Part shown: positions 1-9,213 of the stretch, piece by piece
How positions within the stretch are numbered: position 1 is the first letter of the stretch
How the letters are laid out: each line of letters opens with the position of its first letter
Assembly: GCA_045579705.1 (NCBI GenBank)
Contig: JAZNMP010000028.1
Coordinates: 5,320-69,319 of the forward strand
Direction of reading: 5' to 3'
From: Lachnospiraceae bacterium
Lineage (GTDB): Bacteria > Bacillota > Clostridia > Lachnospirales > Lachnospiraceae
DNA: 64,000 bases
The notes under the pieces: generated by a model
Database searches by the model: none
Told to the model about the DNA's origin: nothing
The model's input: only the letters and a program-made list of their open reading frames with translations
Program-made: the position numbers and the translations under genes

Positions 1-43
1 CCGGTTCATATGATGGAATTATAATCGGAATTTCTCTACTCAT
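1..43 (-). CDS. 5' fragment of a probable family 2 glycosyltransferase (runs off the window edge)
   Basis: ATG at 43-41 with upstream GAGAGG RBS. Translates MSREIPIIIPSYEP, matching the GT2 N-terminal 'IIIPxYEP/N' strand. Confidence 0.6.
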   Translation of the reverse strand, partial: MSREIPIIIPSYEP

Positions 44-106
44 AATTATCGCCTCTCTTTAAAGCAAATCATATACATTTTACCTTAAAGCAACTTTAAA
101 CTTAAC

Positions 107-145
107 AAAAAAAGATGTATTTTGAAGATTTTTCAAAATACATCC
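107..145 (-). terminator. Intrinsic terminator after the flavin reductase gene
   Basis: GATGTATTTTGAA/TTCAAAATACATC inverted repeat followed by a T run on the minus strand. Confidence 0.85.
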
Positions 146-151
146 TTTGCA

Positions 152-781
152 TTATTTCTTTACACTATATCCAAACTTTCCGAGGATATCTCCCAGGTCG
201 AAATACTGACCATGTGAATACACTACAGGATTTGCATCCTCAAGTCTGAATCGGTTCTTATCATCCATATATTTCGAAGAAACATGTACCGCTAATACCT
301 CGGCCACAAACATCGTATGTGATCCAAGCTCTAGCACTTCCTTTACGCGACATTCTATGCCCACCGGAGATTCTGTAACCAAGGGTGCCTTTACCTCATC
401 AGCCTTTAGTTTTGTAAGCCCAGTCTTTGCCCATTTATCTACGTCTCGACCAGAACATACTCCACAGTAATCCAGTGCTTTAGTCATCTCTTTAGACGCC
501 AGGTTTACAGTGAATTCTCCTGTTTCCTGGATAAACTTATAGGAATATCTGCTAGGTCTCACAGAGATTGACAGCATAGGAGGATTCGTACAAACAGTTC
601 CTGCCCATGCTACAGTGATCAAATTTGATTCTTTCTCACTATCACCTACACCGACGAGCACACAAGGAAGCGGATAAAGCATATTTCCAGCTTTCCACGT
701 TATTTTTTCATCATTACTCGACTTTGGCATCGACTTCACATAGGAAACCTTATGTTTCTTTGTATTAACATTTTTACTCAT
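152..781 (-). CDS. Flavin reductase-like (flavoredoxin) family protein
   Basis: Motifs LYPLPCVLV, NLITVAWAG, PPMLSISVRPSRYS, GEFTVN, ECRV and GSHTMFVAEV. Confidence 0.85.
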   Translation of the reverse strand: MSKNVNTKKHKVSYVKSMPKSSNDEKITWKAGNMLYPLPCVLVGVGDSEKESNLITVAWAGTVCTNPPMLSISVRPSRYSYKFIQETGEFTVNLASKEMTKALDYCGVCSGRDVDKWAKTGLTKLKADEVKAPLVTESPVGIECRVKEVLELGSHTMFVAEVLAVHVSSKYMDDKNRFRLEDANPVVYSHGQYFDLGDILGKFGYSVKK

Positions 782-782
782 A

Positions 783-2459
783 TTATCTTGCTTTCATCTG
801 TTTCTTTCTCAATATAAATACAATGAGAATTATAACCGCAATCATAACCGGCATGCAAATCATAGCAATCTTTGTCTCTGTAATATAACCTATTATACCC
901 GTAAACAAAAATCCTAGTGCAGATACAGATGCTACGAGAATCGCATACGGAAGCTGAGTACTAACATGGTTCACATGCGGACATCCTGCTCCAGCACTGG
1001 ACATAATAGTTGTATCAGAAATCGGTGAACAGTGATCACCACAGATTGATCCAGACAAAACTGCTGCGATAGCTATAGCGAGAATTTCCTGATTTCCAGT
1101 AAACACATCACACACGATTGGAATCAATACTGTAAATGTTCCCCAGCTTGAACCCGTAGCAAATGCCAGAAGCACACTCACGATAAACAGAATAAACGGC
1201 AGGAACATCTTTATCGCCGCTGCCTGGTTTGCAACCATATCATGGATAAAAACATTTGCTCCGAGCAGTGATGTCATAGATGACAAAGTCCAAGCAAGTA
1301 TCAGGATGATAACCGCTCCACACATATTCTTAAATCCTTCCGGAAGTCCATCCATGAACTCTGAGAAAGTAATAATATTTCTGATTCCGTAGAAACAGTA
1401 GATAAATATTATAGATAACAGAGAAGCCATAACCAAAGACTTCGCTGATTCACAACCGCTAAAAGCGGTAATAAAGTCGACGCCTTTAAAGAATCCGCCT
1501 GTATATAACATGAAGAATACTGCGGAAGATATTAGAAATACTATAGGGACTACGAGATCTAGAATATGTCCGTTTTTCCTCTTAACTTTTTCCGTTTCCT
1601 CAATCACATGATCCTTTGTAGTAAAAAGATCACCTCTTAAGGCATTTTCCTCATGCTTCCTCATCTCACCGAATTCGACATTCATAGTGATCATAGAGAC
1701 CATAAATACCAATGTCAAAATCGCATAGAAGTTATAAGGAATCGTATGCAAGAATACGATAAATCCGTTTATATCAGAGTCCTGCGGGACTGAATTCGTA
1801 ACAGCTGCTGCCCAGCTTGAAACAGGTGCGATAATACAGATTGGAGCAGCCGTAGCATCTATCAGATACGAAAGCTTAGCTCGAGAAATCTTGTATTCAT
1901 CCGTTACCGGTTTCATAACAGAGCCAACTGTTAAACAGTTGAAATAATCATCTATAAATATCAATACACCCAAGAGCATAGTTGATAACTGTGCTCCAAC
2001 TCGGGTTTTGATATGTTTTTTCGCAAAATCGCCAAAAGCTCTGGCTGCACCCGATTTATTAATCAGCGCAGTAACCCACGACAACATAACAACAAATACT
2101 AAGATGCTCGCATTTGTCGGTTTAGTAATAGTCGTAACCAAACCTCCTCGCTCACTATAAAGCAAGGTGTTATAGAACAATTCCAGGTTTCCTTCTGAGT
2201 AGAGCATTGCGCCTACACAGATTCCTGTAAACAATGAAGAATACACTTCCTTCGTAATGAGCGCCATTCCTATGGCGATTACTGGCGGCAATAGAGAAAA
2301 TCCGCTTGCATAAAAATCAGATTTAAACCCGTTCTCTACTACTCCGTTTGTGTTTGCGGTACGAACAACTAACAACGCAAAAACGATCGCTATCACAAAG
2401 CTCAGCGCTATGATAACGATCTTTCGTCGCCCGCTAACCCCAATTTTAGAATTTTCCAT
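783..2459 (-). CDS. Na+/H+ antiporter NhaC family membrane transporter
   Basis: Polytopic membrane protein with FIDDYFNCLTVG, DATAAP, FATGSSWGT and GDHCSPISDTT motifs. Start placed at ATG 2459 (AGGAG upstream); the ORF track extends to 2495. Confidence 0.85.
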   Translation of the reverse strand: MENSKIGVSGRRKIVIIALSFVIAIVFALLVVRTANTNGVVENGFKSDFYASGFSLLPPVIAIGMALITKEVYSSLFTGICVGAMLYSEGNLELFYNTLLYSERGGLVTTITKPTNASILVFVVMLSWVTALINKSGAARAFGDFAKKHIKTRVGAQLSTMLLGVLIFIDDYFNCLTVGSVMKPVTDEYKISRAKLSYLIDATAAPICIIAPVSSWAAAVTNSVPQDSDINGFIVFLHTIPYNFYAILTLVFMVSMITMNVEFGEMRKHEENALRGDLFTTKDHVIEETEKVKRKNGHILDLVVPIVFLISSAVFFMLYTGGFFKGVDFITAFSGCESAKSLVMASLLSIIFIYCFYGIRNIITFSEFMDGLPEGFKNMCGAVIILILAWTLSSMTSLLGANVFIHDMVANQAAAIKMFLPFILFIVSVLLAFATGSSWGTFTVLIPIVCDVFTGNQEILAIAIAAVLSGSICGDHCSPISDTTIMSSAGAGCPHVNHVSTQLPYAILVASVSALGFLFTGIIGYITETKIAMICMPVMIAVIILIVFILRKKQMKAR

Positions 2460-2576
2460 ACTAAAAATAAATCTCCTAACATTGTATAAATACACGTTCG
2501 TTTAGTTTATATCAAAAAAAGTTATTTGAAAAGAGCTTAAATTATCTAAACCTATAGATTAAAAAGTTTCAACTAT

Positions 2577-2618
2577 ACAAACAAGGCGATATGAAGCAAC
2601 TACACTTCACACCGCCCT
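2577..2618 (-). terminator. Probable terminator of the malQ-glgP operon
   Basis: AGGGCGGTGTGAAG...CTTCATATCGCCTT hairpin (with G-U pairs) followed by GTTTGT on the minus strand. Confidence 0.65.
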
Positions 2619-2641
2619 ATTCATTAGAGTTTTAGTAATGA

Positions 2642-2770
2642 TATAACTCAGTCGGTGTACAAGCTCCGACTGAGTTATACGCTCCGCGAGGATGCGCACG
2701 GATTCGGACAGGAATTTGTCTGCTGAAGCAGACCCGAATCCGGCGCGCAAGACTCGCGAGCGAGTCTTGA
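2642..2770. repeat. GC-rich multi-hairpin palindromic element (REP/MITE-like or structured ncRNA)
   Basis: 14-bp perfect hairpin 2642-2679; helix GGATTCGG/CCGAATCC enclosing hairpin GTCTGC-TGAA-GCAGAC; hairpin CAAGACTCG-CGAG-CGAGTCTTG 2748-2769. GC content far above the surrounding intergenic DNA. Confidence 0.6.
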
Positions 2771-2778
2771 CATATTAT

Positions 2779-5049
2779 CTATCTAAGCTTCCAGATTTCC
2801 TCATTGTACTGCGCTATAGTTCTATCACTTGAGAAAAAACCTGCCTTTGAAATATTTATTAGTGCCTTCCTATTCCAAGTTTTCTTATCTTCGTAATCAG
2901 CAAAGACTTTTTCCTTTATTTCGATGTATTCTTTGAGATCCAGTAAAGTCATAAAGTAATCTTTAGAGATTAGTTCTTTATACAATCTCTCGAGATGTTC
3001 TTCTTTACCACCAGCCTTCATAATCTCATCCGATACGATGAAATCAACCAGGCGTTTAATCTCTGGTTTTTCATAATACTCCTTTGAAACATATCCTGCA
3101 TCCTGGTAAAGCTTGATGACCTTGTCCTTCTTCTCACCAAAGATATAGATGTTATCCTCGCCAACCAGATCTCTGATTTCTACATTTGCACCATCCTCTG
3201 TACCGAGAGTAAGTGCACCATTCAACATAAACTTCATGTTAGATGTTCCTGAAGCTTCCTTTGAAGCCAGTGAAATCTGCTCGGAGATATCAGCTGCTGG
3301 AATAATTTTTCCTGCATAAGTTACGTTATAGTTTTCAGCCATAACGACTCTAAAATATGGAGCGACTTCCGGATCGTTCTTTGTAAGCTCGGACAAGCAA
3401 AGAATCAGATGAATAATATCTTTTGCAATCGTGTAAGCAGGAGCTGCCTTTGCACCAAAGATCATCGTAATAGGAGTCTTTGGCTTGTTTCCAGCCTTGA
3501 TGTCGAGGTATTTATAGATAGCATACAAACAGTTCATCTGCTGCCTCTTGTACTCATGCAATCTCTTTACCTGAACATCATAAATAGAATCAGTATTAAT
3601 AACTTCGCCCTGAGTCTTCTTCATATAATCAGCCAGCGCTTTCTTGTTCTCATGTTTGATGTTCTCGAGTGCATTCAAAACATCATCCGATTCGGCATAC
3701 TTCATAAGGCCTTCAAGTTTCTCGGCATCTTTAATAAACTCATCGCCGATCAACTCCTTAATCTTTGCTGTCAAAAGCGGATTAGCATGTACCAGCCATC
3801 TTCTAAATGTGATTCCGTTAGTCTTGTTATTAAATTTCTCCGGATAAAGCTTATAGAAGTTTGCAAGCTCTGTATCCTCAAGAATCTGTGTATGTAGAGC
3901 CGCTACTCCATTTACAGAATATCCATAATGGATATCCATATGAGCCATATGTACTCTATCATTATCATCTATAATGCGAACTGACTTATCTTCGTATTTT
4001 TCTCTTACACGGTTATCCAACTCTCGGATGATAGGAAGCAGATGTGGCACTACCTCCTCGAGATAATCAATCGGCCATTTTTCCAAAGCCTCTGCCAAAA
4101 TAGTGTGATTTGTATACGCACAGGTTCTGGAAACCACATCGATAGCTTCGTCCATCTTGAATCCTTCGATCTGAAGCAAACGAATCAACTCAGGGATTAC
4201 CATAGATGGATGTGTATCATTGATTTGAATAGCGACATGCTTATCAAGTTCATGAAGATCAACCCCACGGTCCTTCATCTCTTTCAGGATTAGCTGAGCA
4301 CCATTTGAAACCATGAAATACTGCTGATAAATACGAAGGAGCAGCCCTTCTCGATCACTGTCATCCGGATAAAGGAACAAAGTCAGATTCTTCTTAATAT
4401 CCTTCTTATCAAAATCAATAGAATCTTCGCCAACGATTCCATCGTCTACGCTCTCTAAATCAAATAGATGAAGTTTATTAATAGTTCCAGACTTATAGCC
4501 AGGAATATCAATATCATACATTACAGATTTCACATCGCCGTTTCTAAAAGGTACTACGAAAGATACGCCCTCTCTTTTTTCAAGCCAGCTATCCTTCTCA
4601 ATCCATGGATTCTTAACTTCCTGCTGAAGATTCTCTGAAAAAATCTGTCTAAATAATCCATAGTGGTAATTCAATCCAATTCCATCTCCAGGGAGATTTA
4701 ATGTTGCTATAGAATCCAGAAAACAAGCTGCAAGTCTTCCCAATCCACCATTTCCGAGAGATGGCTCGAGCTCAATCTCTTCGATTTCTTCGAGATTCTT
4801 TCCATGTGCAAACAAAACCTCTTTCACATCATCGTAAAGTCCCAGATTAATCAGGTTGTTCGAAAGCAGTTTACCCATCAGAAACTCTGCTGAGATATAG
4901 TACAATTTCTTCTGACCGCTTACTGCATGATGGCGCTCTAATTCATCCTTTGTCATATTCATCAGTACATCAAACAGTTCGATATCTGTACTTTCGCTGA
5001 TTCCATGTCCATACTTCTGTTTTAATAGGCCTTCTAATCTCTGTTCCAT
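2779..5049 (-). CDS. glgP: Glycogen/maltodextrin phosphorylase
   Basis: [36 protein letters not shown] and the PLP-lysine motif [14 protein letters not shown]. Confidence 0.95.
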   Translation of the reverse strand: MEQRLEGLLKQKYGHGISESTDIELFDVLMNMTKDELERHHAVSGQKKLYYISAEFLMGKLLSNNLINLGLYDDVKEVLFAHGKNLEEIEEIELEPSLGNGGLGRLAACFLDSIATLNLPGDGIGLNYHYGLFRQIFSENLQQEVKNPWIEKDSWLEKREGVSFVVPFRNGDVKSVMYDIDIPGYKSGTINKLHLFDLESVDDGIVGEDSIDFDKKDIKKNLTLFLYPDDSDREGLLLRIYQQYFMVSNGAQLILKEMKDRGVDLHELDKHVAIQINDTHPSMVIPELIRLLQIEGFKMDEAIDVVSRTCAYTNHTILAEALEKWPIDYLEEVVPHLLPIIRELDNRVREKYEDKSVRIIDDNDRVHMAHMDIHYGYSVNGVAALHTQILEDTELANFYKLYPEKFNNKTNGITFRRWLVHANPLLTAKIKELIGDEFIKDAEKLEGLMKYAESDDVLNALENIKHENKKALADYMKKTQGEVINTDSIYDVQVKRLHEYKRQQMNCLYAIYKYLDIKAGNKPKTPITMIFGAKAAPAYTIAKDIIHLILCLSELTKNDPEVAPYFRVVMAENYNVTYAGKIIPAADISEQISLASKEASGTSNMKFMLNGALTLGTEDGANVEIRDLVGEDNIYIFGEKKDKVIKLYQDAGYVSKEYYEKPEIKRLVDFIVSDEIMKAGGKEEHLERLYKELISKDYFMTLLDLKEYIEIKEKVFADYEDKKTWNRKALINISKAGFFSSDRTIAQYNEEIWKLR

Positions 5050-5063
5050 ATTTTCCCCTTCGT

Positions 5064-6566
5064 CTATCTACGATACAACTTTGTTTCCTTAGCAATCCTC
5101 TCTGAGAGCATGCTATTCATCGCGCTTTCTCTCATACGCCAGATCCAGTTATTACCTAGCGTAGATGGAATATTAATACGTGCGCTATCATCCAATCTCA
5201 AATAATCCTGCAAAGGAATTACAGCCAAATCAGCCGGTGATGACAAGGCACTTCTTACTACACCATCTACTACGCTATTCAGGCTAAACCTGTTAGCGCT
5301 GACGTAATCTGAAACATAACGATAAGTCTCTTTATCTAATGTCTTTAACCAACCCTTTACTGTAGAGTTATCATGCGTTCCTGTATATACCACGCAATTA
5401 TGCGGATACATAAATGGCAGAAAATCATTTATCTCTTCAGAGTCTCTATCATCAAAAGCGAATTCGACAATCTTCATATTCGCAAAGCCTGTATCTCTAA
5501 CCAGCTTTCTGACAGAATCTGTAACAAAACCCAAATCCTCAGCTATGATATCTGTCTTCGTCTCTTCCAACACTGGTTTCAATGCTTCAAAGAGCTTCAT
5601 TCCAGGGCCTTTTCTCCAAATGCCATTTACTGCATCCGGAGCATCGGCATCTATCGAATAGAATTCATCAAATCCTCTAAAATGATCGATTCTGATTACA
5701 TCATACCACTCTGCACACTTTCTGATTCTTTTTTTCCACCAATCAAAATCTGTTTTCTCGTGGTAGTCCCATGCATAGATAGGATTTCCCCACAACTGAC
5801 CTTTCACCGCAAACGCATCTGGTGGACATCCCGCTACATTTATAGCTGCGAGATCTTCATCGACCTCAAATAGCTCTTTTTCAGCCCATACATCCGAACT
5901 ATCTCCAGAAACATAGATAGGAATATCTCCAATAATACGTATTCCTTTCGAATTTGCATAAGCTCTGAGCTTCTTCCACTGCTCATCGAACTTAAACTGA
6001 AGGAACTTAAAGAAACCGATAGTATCAGAAAGTTTCTCTCTGTATTCTTTCATAGCTTCACTCTTACGCTGTCTGATATCTTCGTCCCAAAAGATAAGAC
6101 TCCGATCTCCAAAGCAACCCTTTACAGCCATGAACATACTATAATCATCAAGCCAATACTCATTTTCTCTTTCGAATGCAACATAAGATTTTGGCTTATT
6201 CTTCTTCCAATTATCATAGGCAAGCCTCAGAACCTTAAATCTTTTTTCATACAACTCGCCATAATGAATGAAATCCTCACTATTTCTTACAGCATATTTT
6301 TCGCAGTCTTCTTCAGCCAACAATCCTTCTTTAACCAAAGCCTCTAAATCTATAAAGTATGGATTTCCTGCAAAAGTTGAAAAGGACTGATATGGTGAAT
6401 CTCCATAACTAGTCGGGCCTAATGGCAAAATCTGCCATAGACTTTGTTTAGAATCCGCTAAAAAGTCAACAAATTCATAAGCTTCTTTTGTAAAGCCGCC
6501 TATTCCGTATTTTCCTGGCAAACTAAAGATTGGCATCAGTATGCCAGCCATTCTCTTACTTCCCAT
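5064..6566 (-). CDS. malQ: 4-alpha-glucanotransferase (amylomaltase, GH77)
   Basis: [49 protein letters not shown] and YTGTHDN. Confidence 0.95.
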   Translation of the reverse strand: MGSKRMAGILMPIFSLPGKYGIGGFTKEAYEFVDFLADSKQSLWQILPLGPTSYGDSPYQSFSTFAGNPYFIDLEALVKEGLLAEEDCEKYAVRNSEDFIHYGELYEKRFKVLRLAYDNWKKNKPKSYVAFERENEYWLDDYSMFMAVKGCFGDRSLIFWDEDIRQRKSEAMKEYREKLSDTIGFFKFLQFKFDEQWKKLRAYANSKGIRIIGDIPIYVSGDSSDVWAEKELFEVDEDLAAINVAGCPPDAFAVKGQLWGNPIYAWDYHEKTDFDWWKKRIRKCAEWYDVIRIDHFRGFDEFYSIDADAPDAVNGIWRKGPGMKLFEALKPVLEETKTDIIAEDLGFVTDSVRKLVRDTGFANMKIVEFAFDDRDSEEINDFLPFMYPHNCVVYTGTHDNSTVKGWLKTLDKETYRYVSDYVSANRFSLNSVVDGVVRSALSSPADLAVIPLQDYLRLDDSARINIPSTLGNNWIWRMRESAMNSMLSERIAKETKLYRR

Positions 6567-6607
6567 TATCTATCCCTCTGTAAATCTAAACTGCTGTATT
6601 CTGGCCA

Positions 6608-6623
6608 TTGGTATCGTTTCCAA
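6608..6623. promoter_or_regulatory. LacI-family/cre-like operator upstream of malQ
   Basis: TTGGAAACGATACCAA (minus strand) is a CG-centred pseudo-palindrome fitting TGNAANCGNWNNCA. It lies just downstream of the predicted promoter. Confidence 0.6.
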
Positions 6624-6636
6624 TAAAACCATCTGT

Positions 6637-6665
6637 AGAATATCATCCCTATTATTAGATTTCAA
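6637..6665 (-). promoter_or_regulatory. Sigma-A-type promoter of malQ-glgP
   Basis: TTGAAA-N17-TATTCT with a TG extension before the -10 box. Confidence 0.6.
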
Positions 6666-6746
6666 TACCCAATTTATATTTTAGTAATTATTACTTAATT
6701 CAGGTAGTAAATTTTGTAGAAAATGTTCAGAGATTATTTTTAGAAT

Positions 6747-6783
6747 AAAAAAAGATCAGACTGCATAAGCAATCTGACCTTTT
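6747..6783 (-). terminator. Terminator after tRNA-Leu
   Basis: GGTCAGATTGC/GCAGTCTGATC hairpin followed by a T run. Confidence 0.8.
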
Positions 6784-6788
6784 CAGTA

Positions 6789-6872
6789 TGCTGGTGGCGG
6801 GGATCGAACCCGCACGGTGTCGCCACCACAGGATTTTAAGTCCTGCGCGTCTGCCAGTTCCGCCACACCAGC
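6789..6872 (-). tRNA. tRNA-Leu(TAA), CCA not encoded
   Basis: Acceptor stem GCTGGTG/CACCAGC, anticodon arm CAGGA-CTTAAAA-TCCTG, long variable arm, T arm GCGGG-TTCGATC-CCCGC. Confidence 0.97.
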
Positions 6873-6902
6873 ACGTGATAAATATCAATCACACGAGTAG
6901 GT

Positions 6903-6931
6903 ATTATATCATTATAAACATCATATTTCAA
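6903..6931 (-). promoter_or_regulatory. Promoter of tRNA-Leu
   Basis: TTGAAA-N17-TATAAT with TG extension. Confidence 0.75.
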
Positions 6932-6939
6932 GCAAAACT

Positions 6940-8979
6940 CTACATTTCTCTCTTCCACTTAAAGACACAAGCTTCATCCTTTGCCAGATGAACTACAATA
7001 TGTCCATCCTGTACATCTTTATGCTTCGGCATAATAGAATGGCCTCGATAATTCGTCATCATAACCAGCTTCATCTTCGTGTCATCCATAACTCCAGCCT
7101 TCCATACCGGAATCTTTTCTTCCTGATCACTTCCGCTGGTTCCAACCACTACCACGAAAACTTCATCTTTATAGATTCTCGCATAGCTTACGAGATTTTG
7201 ATGACATTCCAGGAACATAAGCGACCCCAGTTTCAATGTATCGCTATTCTTATGTATCAATGTCATATCTCTATGGAAATCGAGGATTCTCCTGTCCTCT
7301 CTTCCCCATGGATAAGTACGTCGATTATCCGGATCTGTAAAACCGCATACACCAGCTTCATCTCCATAATACAAAGTAGGAGCGCCTGGCCAGGTCATAA
7401 GCATCACAACAGCCTGCTTTAAAACTGCAGGATTTACATCTTCCTCAGCAGCTCTACTTCCAAGCTCACTTACTCTTCCGACCTTGTGATTCGTTCTGGT
7501 CAAAAATCTGGAATGATCATGGTTTGAAAGCTGGTTCATAGAGCTATATATAGACGGAGCATTAAGCTCTGCCATCCTATATCTCATCGTATCTTCAAAC
7601 TGTTTTCCATTTCCTAAGGCAGCCTGATGAAACTCGTCACTATGTTTTTCCATTCCCGTCAGGAAGAAAGTCACCGGCTCCATAAACGCATCATAGTTCA
7701 TGATGGTATCCCATTCATCACCCTGTAACCAGGCTTTCGGGTCGCCATAATGCTCTGCAAAGATTACAGCATTCGGATTAGCACTTCTAACTTCTCTTCT
7801 GAAACGCTTCCAGAATTTATGGTTAAACTCTTCGCTATGTCCTAAATCAGCCGCTACATCAAGTCTCCAGCCATCAACATTATATGGAGGAGAGACCCAT
7901 TTCTTTGCGACTTCCATAATCTTGTTCTGAAGCGCCTTCGAATTCTCGTAATTCAGCTTTGGCAGGGTGTCATATCCCCACCAGCCATCATAGCCACCGT
8001 TGTATGGCCAGGCCTTGTCATCATAGAAATGGAAAAAATTATGATAAGGGCTATCCTTATCTATATATGCGCCCTTCGAGAAGCCCTCTATTCCCTCATA
8101 TATCCGTTCTCTGTCCAACCACTTATTAAACGAGCCGCAGTGATTAAAGACGCCGTCTATGATGATTTTAAAGCCTCTCTCATGCGCTTCACTAACGAAA
8201 TCAGCAAAGAACTGATTAGACGCTTCTAAGTTTTCATTGTTACATACTCTGGTCTGATATTTAGATGCCTTTTTGTTATCAAATTCTCCCACAGGAAGGA
8301 CTTCGCCTCCCTCGTTCTTAATCAGCGTCAAATGAGGATCTACGTATTCATAGTCCTGTGTATCATATTTATGATTAGAAGGCGATACGAACAAAGGGTT
8401 AAAGTAGATAACTTCAACTCCTATACTTTTCAAGTAATCAAACTTCTGGCGCACCCCTTCCAAATCTCCGCCATAGAAATTTCCTATATCGAGATTCTTC
8501 GGATCTTCACTCCAATCATCAATATAAGTTGCCAATTGTCCTACATATGAATATTCATTTGTAACTACATCGTTTGAGGGATCGCCATTGTAGAATCTAT
8601 CTACCATGATTTGATATATGATAGCGCCATGCATCCATGTCGGAACATAGAAGCCCGGCACCAGAGAAAAATAGTATTCACTTCGCAGATTATCTGAAAC
8701 ACCCAACTTATCGTAGAACACTTCCTCATCTCCGCAGGTAATACTAAAACAGTATTCAAATTTTTCGTCTGTCAAATAAATAGTAGTCTTATAAAAAGTG
8801 AAATATCCCTCATCTTTAAATTTACGCATAGGAATATTGCCAGTCTTTGTCATAAGAACCGGTGTACAATCATCCTCTTTCGCCACACGAATCTGTATAG
8901 TTACAGAACCGTCCTCCTCCGGCATCCAAGGACTCACATATTCAGTTGTACAATCACTAAATATAGCGTCTCTATTCAT
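6940..8979 (-). CDS. GH13 alpha-amylase family protein (neopullulanase/cyclomaltodextrinase-like)
   Basis: IYQIMVDRFYNGD, FYGGDLEGV, SNHKYDT, DGVFNH, GWRLDVA (catalytic D), AEHY and NHDHSRF; N-terminal beta domain. Confidence 0.9.
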   Translation of the reverse strand: MNRDAIFSDCTTEYVSPWMPEEDGSVTIQIRVAKEDDCTPVLMTKTGNIPMRKFKDEGYFTFYKTTIYLTDEKFEYCFSITCGDEEVFYDKLGVSDNLRSEYYFSLVPGFYVPTWMHGAIIYQIMVDRFYNGDPSNDVVTNEYSYVGQLATYIDDWSEDPKNLDIGNFYGGDLEGVRQKFDYLKSIGVEVIYFNPLFVSPSNHKYDTQDYEYVDPHLTLIKNEGGEVLPVGEFDNKKASKYQTRVCNNENLEASNQFFADFVSEAHERGFKIIIDGVFNHCGSFNKWLDRERIYEGIEGFSKGAYIDKDSPYHNFFHFYDDKAWPYNGGYDGWWGYDTLPKLNYENSKALQNKIMEVAKKWVSPPYNVDGWRLDVAADLGHSEEFNHKFWKRFRREVRSANPNAVIFAEHYGDPKAWLQGDEWDTIMNYDAFMEPVTFFLTGMEKHSDEFHQAALGNGKQFEDTMRYRMAELNAPSIYSSMNQLSNHDHSRFLTRTNHKVGRVSELGSRAAEEDVNPAVLKQAVVMLMTWPGAPTLYYGDEAGVCGFTDPDNRRTYPWGREDRRILDFHRDMTLIHKNSDTLKLGSLMFLECHQNLVSYARIYKDEVFVVVVGTSGSDQEEKIPVWKAGVMDDTKMKLVMMTNYRGHSIMPKHKDVQDGHIVVHLAKDEACVFKWKREM

Positions 8980-9039
8980 CTTGTTCCCCTTTGTTTCGAT
9001 AACCCTATTTTACAACTATAAGAAATCATTTAAAAGCAC

Positions 9040-9070
9040 AAAAAAAGAACAGCCGACGATGGCTGTCCTT
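9040..9070 (-). terminator. Terminator of the candidate sRNA
   Basis: AGGACAGCC-ATCGTC-GGCTGTTCT followed by a T run. Confidence 0.8.
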
Positions 9071-9124
9071 AGGAGAAGGTATTCTTACTATGGGGGTAGT
9101 AAAAATATATGTATTAGGGGTTTA
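9040..9124 (-). ncRNA. Candidate trans-acting small RNA with three C-rich motifs
   Basis: Flanked by the ftsH terminator and its own terminator, with -10 box TATAAT at 9135-9130 and no ATG/GTG. Contains 5' ACCCCU, an 11-bp hairpin with loop CCCCCA, and linker CCUUCUCCU. Confidence 0.6.
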
Positions 9125-9129
9125 CAGTC

Positions 9130-9141
9130 ATTATAATACCA
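9130..9141 (-). promoter_or_regulatory. -10 element of the candidate sRNA
   Basis: TGGTATTATAAT contains TATAAT and an overlapping TG-N-TATTAT extended -10. No clear -35. Confidence 0.55.
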
Positions 9142-9150
9142 CCGGCCTAT

Positions 9151-9200
9151 AAAAAAGTCTGCACAAACATCCATAAATTTCTACGGATTGTTTGTGCAGA
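9151..9200 (-). terminator. ftsH terminator
   Basis: TCTGCACAAACAATCC/GGATGTTTGTGCAGA hairpin followed by a T6 run, 13 bp after the ftsH stop. Confidence 0.85.
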
Positions 9201-9213
9201 TTTACCATGACAC

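Noticed and set aside
2460-2580. Amino-acid riboswitch or T-box upstream of the NhaC-family gene
   Set aside because: The region is short and AT-rich, with no lysine, glycine, SAM or T-box signature.
6707-6725. CodY-like box AATTTTGTAGAAAAT upstream of malQ
   Set aside because: Four mismatches to AATTTTCWGAAAATT in AT-rich DNA; not distinguishable from chance.
6788-6991. 67-aa plus-strand ORF
   Set aside because: It is the antisense reading of tRNA-Leu and its promoter.
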